The notes: generated by a model not told the origin, from the letters alone. Numbered from the stretch's first letter, positions 25,817 to 32,000 are shown. The stretch: 32,000 bases of DNA from Nitrosotalea sp. (GCA_050749405.1 JBOGRD010000006.1:60892-92891), one strand, 5' to 3'. Made by a program: numbers and translations.

Positions 25817-25981
25817 ATGAAAGCAACAACAGAAGAATTGAGAGAATCTACTTCAATCAAAATTAAACCAAGTGTTTGGAAAAAAGCAAAGATAGAGGCT
25901 ATCACTGAAAATAAACAACTATCAGAACTTGTAGAAGAAGCACTAGAGGCATGGTTTGATTCAAAGAGGAAGAATAAGTGA
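25817..25981 (+). CDS. Ribbon-helix-helix DNA-binding protein (54 aa; below the ORF-track size cutoff)
   Basis: Hand translation: MKATTEELRESTSIKIKPSVWKKAKIEAITENKQLSELVEEALEAWFDSKRKNK*. Homolog of 22968..23165. Its start lies 78 bp from the divergent transposase-like gene. Confidence 0.7.
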   Translation: MKATTEELRESTSIKIKPSVWKKAKIEAITENKQLSELVEEALEAWFDSKRKNK

Positions 25982-26558
25982 CTTGGTTAGACTAAAACCC
26001 CTTATAGAAATAGGTTCTGTAATAAGTTCAATCGCTATTTTGTTCTCCATGATGACCGTCATACAGTTTTTTCCTGCAATTCCTTTGGAAAAAGCACTTA
26101 TTTTCTCTGTTTCAATAATTCCACTCGTACCTTATGTTATCTCTGGTAAAATTGAAACTTCCATCCAAAAACTGCGTTTACGCCTGAAAAAACCGAATGA
26201 GCGTGAAATATTAGAATCACGGTTATCAGAGCAGAAACAGGAATTATTACAGAAATTAGATGTTGTTACAAAAGAACTAGAAATGATCCAGTCAGAAGAC
26301 GCTCAAATGGCAAGACTTGCTTATAAAGTTGTCAATGAAGGAAGTTCAAAATTTGCTACCAAAGAGGAAATCAAGGAACTAGCTACTAAAAAGGACATAA
26401 AGGAATTGGCAGGAATGATTTATGATCTTGATAAAAAGACGAAAAACAAGCAGGAATCCGCCACCCAAAATTCAACACCCGAAGAAAACACCCGTAATAA
26501 TCAACAGAACAATTTTTTGGGTTTTGTTGATTCAAGGGGTGTTCTAAAAGGGTGTTGA
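25956..26558 (+). CDS. Membrane-anchored coiled-coil protein, unknown function
   Basis: TTG start overlapping the RHH gene. Two N-terminal TM helices, then heptad-like charged repeats (ATKEEIKELATKKDIKELAGMI). The 3' end overlaps AACACCC element copy 2. Confidence 0.55.
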   Translation: MIQRGRISDLVRLKPLIEIGSVISSIAILFSMMTVIQFFPAIPLEKALIFSVSIIPLVPYVISGKIETSIQKLRLRLKKPNEREILESRLSEQKQELLQKLDVVTKELEMIQSEDAQMARLAYKVVNEGSSKFATKEEIKELATKKDIKELAGMIYDLDKKTKNKQESATQNSTPEENTRNNQQNNFLGFVDSRGVLKGC

Positions 26559-26570
26559 AAAACGGGTGTT
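26461..26570 (+). repeat. AACACCC-iteron element, copy 2: complete imperfect palindrome
   Basis: AACACCC at 26474-26480 and 26487-26493. GGGTGTT at 26537-26543, 26550-26556 and 26564-26570. Arms ttcaacaccc...aacaccc...aatcaaca mirror each other around aattttttgg (about 26511-26520). Confidence 0.8.
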
Positions 26571-26659
26571 GTGTTGACGGCAGAACTACCAAAAGTTTGG
26601 TAGTTTGTTTAAAAACTCAACAAACCCATTCTTAAGGAAAGAAAAGCAGTTTTATTAAG

Positions 26660-26794
26660 ATGAAGCGTATAAATAGACTAGGGAAAGAGGGTGGAGAGGA
26701 AATGACAAAAGAAAGACAAGAAATCTTAGATAAAGTAGTAGATAAACTGTTAAAGGAAAACAAGGTTATATTCGAAAGACTTGACGAAATTTAG
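26660..26794 (+). CDS. Putative antitoxin (44 aa) for the downstream Doc toxin
   Basis: Hand translation: MKRINRLGKEGGEEMTKERQEILDKVVDKLLKENKVIFERLDEI*. Its stop codon directly abuts the doc ATG (TAGATG). Confidence 0.5.
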   Translation: MKRINRLGKEGGEEMTKERQEILDKVVDKLLKENKVIFERLDEI

Positions 26795-27418
26795 ATGGTA
26801 AAACTATCGTCAGATGAGATTATCAGCATTCATGATAAAATTACTGACAGATTTAAAATCACAAAAGGAGTGATCAATAAGAGTATTTTGGACGCAATAG
26901 TTGAACGACCAGAATTACAATTAGAAGATCATAACTATGTTTATGACAGTGTGTTTTCAAAAGCGGCTGCTATCCTAGAGGGAATAATTCGCTGGCATCC
27001 TTTTGCAGATGGAAATAAACGAACTGCATTAGCTACATCCGTATATTATTTAAAATTAGAAGGATATGCTATCGCATTACCCTTAAGTGCAGTTCGTTTT
27101 ACCGTCAATATTGCAAATAACGATAAAACTGATAGTATAAGCACTCAAAAACTAATCGAAGAAATTACAACTTGGTTTAGAGCACATTCTGACCGCAATA
27201 AACTCTTGTTACTCGGAAAGTTGGGACTCTACATTGGCATTCCATACAGATTTTATCAATTTCTAATCAAACTTGGTTTTCTAAATTATGTCTACAAGAA
27301 AGTTGCTTATTGGATGGCTTTTGATATATACCCAGAATATGCAAAAGAAATGAGTGAAATAGCTAAATTCATTCAAGAAACAGTAGATACTAGTTTGACT
27401 GCGGTTTTTGGGAAATAA
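26795..27418 (+). CDS. doc: Fic/Doc-family protein (death-on-curing toxin-like) with an ~80-aa C-terminal extension
   Basis: HPFADGNKRTA at 26996-27028 matches the Doc variant of the Fic motif (HxFx[DE]GNKRxA). Residues after about 125 (LLLLGKLGLYIGIPYRFYQFLIKLGFLNYVY...) are hydrophobic/aromatic and lie beyond the length I recall for canonical Doc (about 125 aa). Confidence 0.8.
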   Translation: MVKLSSDEIISIHDKITDRFKITKGVINKSILDAIVERPELQLEDHNYVYDSVFSKAAAILEGIIRWHPFADGNKRTALATSVYYLKLEGYAIALPLSAVRFTVNIANNDKTDSISTQKLIEEITTWFRAHSDRNKLLLLGKLGLYIGIPYRFYQFLIKLGFLNYVYKKVAYWMAFDIYPEYAKEMSEIAKFIQETVDTSLTAVFGK

Positions 27419-27420
27419 TT

Positions 27421-28581
27421 TCAAACTTCAATAGAATTTCTCGTAGCAAGTTCTAACAAATCCATCCATTTGACTTTCCTTTTGATAACTCCGATCTTCT
27501 GAGCAGGTGTCCTATTCTGTAACCCCATATGTGGTTTTACAAAGTTATAATGAATCTTCATCCCTTCTGGAATTGGAGTTTCCATTGACTTCCAGCCTCT
27601 TTGTACCTTAATTCTCTCTCGTTGAGTACCATTCATTCTTTCAATCCTATTGTTATTTGCATGAGTCTTTCTTACTCCTTGTCGTGCCTTGTGCCAAGGC
27701 TTGTTATCAAAGACCTTTGGTATTACTGAACCATAGGCTCTCAAAGCATCTGTAGTAATGATTTTTGGCTGTAGACCATGAGCATTCTTAATTGCTTCTT
27801 GAAATGCCTGAATTGCACCGTTGCCATCCCTCTGCTCTGACAGTTTTGAAGCCAAAAGATAGCGTGTCTTGAAATCCATGACATTCCAAAGAAAAGCCAT
27901 GTTTGTCTTATCCCTAATCTCAATTCCATCTTTCATTTTTACAAAGACCTCATCGCAAGCCCATCTCTTGGATTCCGATTCTGGTATAGCCAAAGAGTTT
28001 ACGTATTGGGATATGATAGGCACGTACTTCTTTATCCAGCCATAAACGGTAGTGAAATCAAGTTCTAGCCCAAAGTGGTCATTTACGCTTCTTGCTACCT
28101 TTCGAAGCGAAAGACCAGAGAAATAGAGATCAAGTGTAAGTGTAATAAGTTTAGGATCATACTTTGACTTTTTGACAAGGCTTGGCTCTCTGAATTTGTG
28201 CATACAGTCCTTGCACTTGAAAACCTGCTTTTCTGCGTTCTTGCCATAGCGTATGGTTCTGATTGAACCGCATTGATCACACTGGACTGAATCATCTGCA
28301 AAGACCTTTGGCTTTTCCTTGTTTTGCAAAAATGTATTAGTTGCAATCCAAAATTTCAAGGCGTAACCATGTTTACAAGTTTCAACTTTTCTATATGTAA
28401 AATCGGGACAGTTACAGACAAATTTATTTTCGATTATCTTAACGGTATATGCGACATCTTTACCCGTCTGAGATGGCACAGCAAAACTGCCGTCCTCATT
28501 CTCTCGTATTGTTGAGGTTTCAGTTATTGCCATGCCTTTCATCATTCGGGTTTCCGATTGGTTTGTTTCTTTGTTGAACAT
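27421..28581 (-). CDS. Transposase-like protein: SWIM zinc finger + zinc ribbon + HTH + IS6-type DDE domain (copy 2)
   Basis: Near-identical protein to 24572..25738 (about 4 substitutions over the ~300-aa core). The SWIM loop is shorter (FVCNCPDFTYRKVETCKH). The ATG at 28581 (MFNKETNQSETRMM) aligns with the copy 1 start; the track start at 28635 adds an implausible extension. Confidence 0.8.
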   Translation of the reverse strand: MFNKETNQSETRMMKGMAITETSTIRENEDGSFAVPSQTGKDVAYTVKIIENKFVCNCPDFTYRKVETCKHGYALKFWIATNTFLQNKEKPKVFADDSVQCDQCGSIRTIRYGKNAEKQVFKCKDCMHKFREPSLVKKSKYDPKLITLTLDLYFSGLSLRKVARSVNDHFGLELDFTTVYGWIKKYVPIISQYVNSLAIPESESKRWACDEVFVKMKDGIEIRDKTNMAFLWNVMDFKTRYLLASKLSEQRDGNGAIQAFQEAIKNAHGLQPKIITTDALRAYGSVIPKVFDNKPWHKARQGVRKTHANNNRIERMNGTQRERIKVQRGWKSMETPIPEGMKIHYNFVKPHMGLQNRTPAQKIGVIKRKVKWMDLLELATRNSIEV

Positions 28582-28685
28582 GTTTCCCACATACACACAT
28601 ACACACAATATTATAAAAACATTGTGGATAACCACATATTACATATAACCACAATTCTTATATTAATGGTAAATCTAATGTAATT

Positions 28686-28844
28686 ATGGGTAGAATAGAT
28701 GCAATAATTCCTGACGAATTAGAAAAGAAATTACGGATGAAGGCAGTAGAAAGATTCGGTGGAAAGAAAGGCAGTCTAACAGAAGCGTTAGAAGAAGCGA
28801 TTGAGAGATGGGTAAAAGAACAAAAGGAATTGAGCAAGAAATGA
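28686..28844 (+). CDS. Ribbon-helix-helix (CopG-like) protein (52 aa; below the ORF-track cutoff)
   Basis: Hand translation: MGRIDAIIPDELEKKLRMKAVERFGGKKGSLTEALEEAIERWVKEQKELSKK*. Its start lies 104 bp from the divergent transposase-like gene. Confidence 0.7.
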   Translation: MGRIDAIIPDELEKKLRMKAVERFGGKKGSLTEALEEAIERWVKEQKELSKK

Positions 28845-29254
28845 GAAAATATGACAATGAATTTAAAACAGACAAAAAAGTCATAGATAAAGAGGAAATT
28901 ATTCGAAATTTCATTCATGGATTATTACATGGTGAAATTAAAGTTGACCTAACTTTGAGAGATGGAACACGAAACCGAAATACGTTCTATGATAATCTTG
29001 AGCAATTTATCTTAGATTATTTGGATGAAGATAAACCTGAACAAGAAAAAAAGACCATTGCTAAGAATTTATTCAAATTGATAACAACTATGAGAGTAGT
29101 GGATAGAATAACTACCAAAACTGAGACAAGTTCTCAAGAAATTCAGTCCATTAATGAAAGAATAGGCAATATGGATGCAAGATTGAACTCTACTAATAAA
29201 CTACTTGATGAGATTACAAAAATGTTCCCAAAGGGGAATGATCCTGAACCCTGA
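28841..29254 (+). CDS. Small helical/coiled-coil protein, unknown function
   Basis: ATGA overlap with the RHH stop; ATG at 28841 rather than the track start at 28808. C-terminal IQSINERIGNMDARLNSTNKLLDEITKMFPKG is paralogous to the next gene. Confidence 0.6.
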   Translation: MRKYDNEFKTDKKVIDKEEIIRNFIHGLLHGEIKVDLTLRDGTRNRNTFYDNLEQFILDYLDEDKPEQEKKTIAKNLFKLITTMRVVDRITTKTETSSQEIQSINERIGNMDARLNSTNKLLDEITKMFPKGNDPEP

Positions 29255-29256
29255 AT

Positions 29257-29676
29257 ATGACTGAAATATCTGAAAAACCTTCAGAACTTTTCACTCGTGA
29301 ATTTAGACATGAAGTAGTCAATAAATTCATCAAGGAAGTTGCAGAAGGTGCAATTCGAATTATTACTCCTATGAAGTTTGACGATTATGAATATAGAAAG
29401 ATACTTTCTAATTTCTATAGCAAATTTACTAGTAGTGTAGAAGATTATCTTTCAGAGAAAATAAAGGGGGATACGCTGGTAAATTTAGAAGCAGTCATCT
29501 TTGCTGACATTATAACATTACGCACTGCTGGGTTAATTGAAGAGGATAAGTATTCTATACCAGAAGTAAAACAGAAAGTATCCAGTCTAGAAGCAAAGAT
29601 AGAATCAACTAATAACCTTCTATCTGATGTCTTATCAATTCTAATGGAGTTATTGAGACGACTTGACAAGAAGTAA
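29257..29676 (+). CDS. Small helical/coiled-coil protein, paralog of 28841..29254
   Basis: Starts 2 nt after the previous stop. VKQKVSSLEAKIESTNNLLSDVLSILMELL aligns with the C-terminal heptad region of the preceding gene (shared STN-LL core). Confidence 0.6.
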   Translation: MTEISEKPSELFTREFRHEVVNKFIKEVAEGAIRIITPMKFDDYEYRKILSNFYSKFTSSVEDYLSEKIKGDTLVNLEAVIFADIITLRTAGLIEEDKYSIPEVKQKVSSLEAKIESTNNLLSDVLSILMELLRRLDKK

Positions 29677-29968
29677 AGTATTATGCCCTTTCTGCAATAT
29701 TCGGATGTATGAGGTTATTGATGAGGAATATCCTAGGCTACGAACTTATCTATGCTATGAATGTGGATTTCATGCAGATACAATTTTGATGGAACAAAAG
29801 AGCATGTATCTGCATTATCAGGAGTTATTTGCTCATTTTAAGGATGTATTAAAGCCAAAGAAACTACTACCACCCAAATTTCAACACCCAGATAAAACAC
29901 CCGAAGACTCAACAGAACACAAAAAATTGATAAAGCCAAGTTTAACTGAAATTTTTTGCAAACTATGA
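29663..29968 (+). CDS. Zinc-ribbon protein, unknown function
   Basis: TTG start overlapping the previous gene by 14 nt. CPFCNIRM...CYECGF four-Cys ribbon. The 3' part overlaps AACACCC element copy 3. Confidence 0.5.
   Translation: MTRSKVLCPFCNIRMYEVIDEEYPRLRTYLCYECGFHADTILMEQKSMYLHYQELFAHFKDVLKPKKLLPPKFQHPDKTPEDSTEHKKLIKPSLTEIFCKL
29870..29925 (+). repeat. AACACCC-iteron element, copy 3 (left arm only)
   Basis: ccacccaaatttcaacacccagataaaacacccgaagactcaacagaaca, against copy 2 ccacccaaaattcaacacccgaagaaaacacccgtaataatcaacagaaca. No GGGTGTT arm follows. Confidence 0.75.
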
Positions 29969-30064
29969 CACATAAAGACGTGATTTTAATGTAGCATTCT
30001 TGACTTTTTCATTGATTTTACTTCACATGGCTATAGATAAAAAATTCCTGCAACGAGTACAAGT

Positions 30065-30274
30065 ATGTACCAATTCGTACAGCCGCAATCAGACAAACCT
30101 AACTACACTGCAGGTCAGACGTGGGGGGCTTTGAAGAAGGCATGGCGAGGATACAAGATTGCCAAAGTGCAAACTGATCATGCCAAAATGTCAGAATATG
30201 CCAAGAAGATAAGGACCCTCCAGAATGACTTGGGAATAAAACAGGCAGAATTTCCAGGACTAAACCTGCATTAG
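30065..30274 (+). CDS. Small hypothetical protein
   Basis: 69-aa ORF with balanced, non-repetitive composition and no overlapping alternative. No motif recognised. Confidence 0.4.
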   Translation: MYQFVQPQSDKPNYTAGQTWGALKKAWRGYKIAKVQTDHAKMSEYAKKIRTLQNDLGIKQAEFPGLNLH

Positions 30275-30374
30275 TTAGAATTCCCTTCTTTTTAGAGGGA
30301 GTTTGCAGTGAGAACTATTGGCAAAATTTACAATTTTGGGATTAGTGTTGATTTTCAATCAAATTGTGAAAAGG

Positions 30375-30448
30375 CGGGTTCGCGGGGATTCGGACCCCGG
30401 ACAGCCGGATTAAAAGTCCGGTACTCTACCTGGCTGAGCTACGAACCC
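30375..30448 (-). tRNA. tRNA-Lys (anticodon UUU)
   Basis: Reverse complement: GGGTTCG-TA-GCTC-AGCCAGGTA-GAGT-A-CCGGA-CTTTTAA-TCCGG-CTGTC-CGGGG-TCCGAAT-CCCCG-CGAACCC-G. All stems pair perfectly. The T loop reads TCCGAAT (C at position 55). Confidence 0.85.
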
Positions 30449-30545
30449 ACGCGAAATGTCATAGTTGTGTATAATTTAGTCTTTTACAAAATTTTTAGAT
30501 GAAAAGAAAGCTTTAAACTCAGATTTTTGTTCACAATATTTCAAC

Positions 30546-30654
30546 GCCCTTGTAGTATAGAGAGGATGTGGGGTAAAATCCAATCCTTGTATAGCCCGGT
30601 CTAGAATGGGGCCCTGTCACGGCCTCGACGCGAGTTCAAATCCCGCCAAGGGCG
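30546..30654 (+). tRNA. tRNA-Asp (anticodon GUC) candidate with a ~34-nt non-canonical intron in the D-arm region
   Basis: Acceptor GCCCTTG (30546-52) pairs with CAAGGGC (30647-53). Anticodon arm GGGCC-CTGTCAC-GGCCT. T arm GCGAG-TTCAAAT-CCCGC (one A-C mismatch). A canonical D loop AGCCCGGTCTA appears only if about 34 nt (roughly 30556-30594; the junction is ambiguous because TATAG is repeated) are removed. Confidence 0.55.
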
Positions 30655-30700
30655 CTTACACTTTTTACATTCAGAATCAGATGTCGATGTTTTATTAGAG

Positions 30701-31507
30701 TCAGTTTGGCAAATGCAATTTCTCAAGAGTTTCATTGAGAATTTCCTGACTGGCTGCAGCGATAAAAGAAATTCTTTGGTCGTAGCCAAGATCTGAATCA
30801 AGTGGATTTGCATTTTTATCAACTATGATTCCGCCTGCCTCTAATGCTATAAGATATCCAGCAGCAATATCGGTGACTCGCAGCTTTTCTCTGAGGTCTA
30901 CAAACAGGTCTACCAGACCACGGGCAAATATTGCAAGCTCTAGTGCAACAGCTCCAAAATGTCTGATGTGGTTAGATGCCGAAATGATGGGGGCTAGTTT
31001 CTGCAGGGAGTCTGGCGATATTCCAGACAAATCCACTCCTACCACAAAGTAAAGTGGCTTTTTCTTGTGAACTGTAATTTTTTTTCCATTCATAAAAGCT
31101 CCTTTGTCCCTTGATGCAGAATACATATCCCCAGTATACAAATCAATGATTGCTGCATCAGTAACAGAGCTAAGATTATCCTTTGTGGCAAATGCAAGAG
31201 AACAACACGAAAAGGGAATTCCTCTTACTGCATTTGTAGATCCGTCAACGGCATCCATTATTATAAAACCCTCTGGATCTTTTGAAAGTTCAACTCTACC
31301 GCATTCTTCGCCAAGAACTATGCATGAAAACTTGATCTCCCTTAGGTAGTCCAAAACTGTTTTCTCTGCCACTATGTCTATTCGTCGTGATATGTCTCCG
31401 CCTGCTCCTCTGCCAAAATCTCCCGCCGATTCTTCTGTTCCTGGAAGATGCTTGACATTCTCATAAACTCTCTTTGCAGCTTGCTTTAAAATCTCAATTT
31501 TTTCCAC
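30701..31507 (-). CDS. Inositol monophosphatase / fructose-1,6-bisphosphatase family protein
   Basis: VLGEECG, IMDAVDGSTNA (the DPxDGT-type metal site) and a C-terminal VTDIAAGYLIALEAGG motif typical of the archaeal IMPase/FBPase family. Confidence 0.85.
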   Translation of the reverse strand: MEKIEILKQAAKRVYENVKHLPGTEESAGDFGRGAGGDISRRIDIVAEKTVLDYLREIKFSCIVLGEECGRVELSKDPEGFIIMDAVDGSTNAVRGIPFSCCSLAFATKDNLSSVTDAAIIDLYTGDMYSASRDKGAFMNGKKITVHKKKPLYFVVGVDLSGISPDSLQKLAPIISASNHIRHFGAVALELAIFARGLVDLFVDLREKLRVTDIAAGYLIALEAGGIIVDKNANPLDSDLGYDQRISFIAAASQEILNETLEKLHLPN

Positions 31508-31635
31508 GGATTTTTTACCCTCGATCCTAATTTATTTCAAGTAACAAGAAAAATATCTCAATGCATAAATAGCAAAAGAAGTTGTGCCAATGTGTGAGCA
31601 GCAAAGACGAATCAATTTTTAGCAAGGAATCTTTG

Positions 31636-32000
31636 ATGTCCACAAAACCGGGAAAGGACATAGTAAAACAAGCTTTATTCAAAAGTAAGGGTTACAGACA
31701 ATTTGATAAGTACAAAAAGGAAGCAGAGGACGAACTTCCAAAATTTACAAAGAGGTTTGCTGAAGACCTATTGAGGCAAATAAAGTTTGACAATACTCCT
31801 AACGAAACTCAAGAAAAATTTGCCGCTGAAGTAGGTTCAAGCGAGATAACTCTAGAGAAATCACAAATAGATTCGGTCAAAAAGAGGCTTGAAGACTATG
31901 ATACCTTGCTTGATAGGGTGACCCGAATTCTCAATTCCAATTTTGTTAAAATGACGTTTCCAGTTTTCAGTGCTCTGTACGATGCCTCATCACAATACTT
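31636..32000 (+). CDS. Hypothetical protein, 3' end outside the window
   Basis: The ATG at 31636 opens a frame with no stop to the window edge (MSTKPGKDIVKQALFKSKGYRQFDKYKKEAEDELPKF...). It is absent from the ORF track, presumably because it has no stop in the window. Confidence 0.45.
   Translation, partial: MSTKPGKDIVKQALFKSKGYRQFDKYKKEAEDELPKFTKRFAEDLLRQIKFDNTPNETQEKFAAEVGSSEITLEKSQIDSVKKRLEDYDTLLDRVTRILNSNFVKMTFPVFSALYDASSQY

Noticed and set aside
22189-30374. Integration of the second island into tRNA-Lys, with a duplicated tRNA fragment at the far border
   Set aside because: I searched by eye for the tRNA-Lys 3' portion (cgggttcgcggggattcgg or its complement) near 22190-22270 and elsewhere in the island and found nothing. 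The borders remain undefined.
30308-30822. ORFs 30308..30502 (+) and 30601..30822 (-) overlapping tRNA-Lys and tRNA-Asp
   Set aside because: They run through tRNA genes and intergenic DNA, with no supporting features.
1-32000. CRISPR arrays, rRNA genes and C/D-box sRNAs
   Set aside because: There is no regularly spaced direct-repeat array and no rRNA-like sequence. The few ATGATGA strings (for example 22241) lack a suitably spaced CTGA D box, so no sRNA call is supported.

Overview
AT-rich archaeal chromosome segment. The gene content points to an ammonia-oxidising thaumarchaeon (Nitrosopumilales-like): Hel308, Alba, an intron-bearing tRNA, a four-subunit SDH and many secreted YVTN-type proteins. 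All calls rest on reading the ORF translations and the DNA by eye; no database search was possible.

Layout:
- 1-7.3 kb: core genes. These are a hel308 3' part, a GT4 phosphosugar transferase, an acetyltransferase/Trm112/Gfo-Idh-MocA/IlvE cluster, an NMNAT-like protein, tRNA-Pro and a ferredoxin-NADP reductase.
- 7.3-12.4 kb: a GC-richer island inserted at tRNA-Ala(GGC). It is bracketed by an exact 22-bp repeat of the tRNA 3' end. It carries an integrase truncated by an IS4/IS5-type IS, a wHTH gene and a large secreted protein.
- 12.4-14.8 kb: what looks like an older, decayed element. It holds a second integrase 3' remnant, an rve fragment, and a YVTN/FN3 surface protein with a recent internal 120-bp blade duplication.
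- 14.8-22.2 kb: core genes again (secreted protein, alba, ICL/PEPM-family enzyme, padR, sdhACDB, DUF59, argH).
- 22.2-30.0 kb: a second accessory island. It contains three RHH-led small-gene operons and two diverged SWIM-zinc-finger DDE (IS6-like) transposase-like paralogs, each divergently paired with an RHH gene. It also contains a Doc toxin module and three copies of an approximately 50-90 bp AACACCC-iteron element that is conserved as DNA but read in different frames.
- 30.0-32 kb: a small hypothetical gene (30065..30274), then tRNA-Lys, an intron-containing tRNA-Asp candidate, an IMPase/FBPase-family gene and a partial ORF.

The 22.2-30 kb island is the best candidate for an undescribed mobile or defence-like system. 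No CRISPR array or rRNA was seen.
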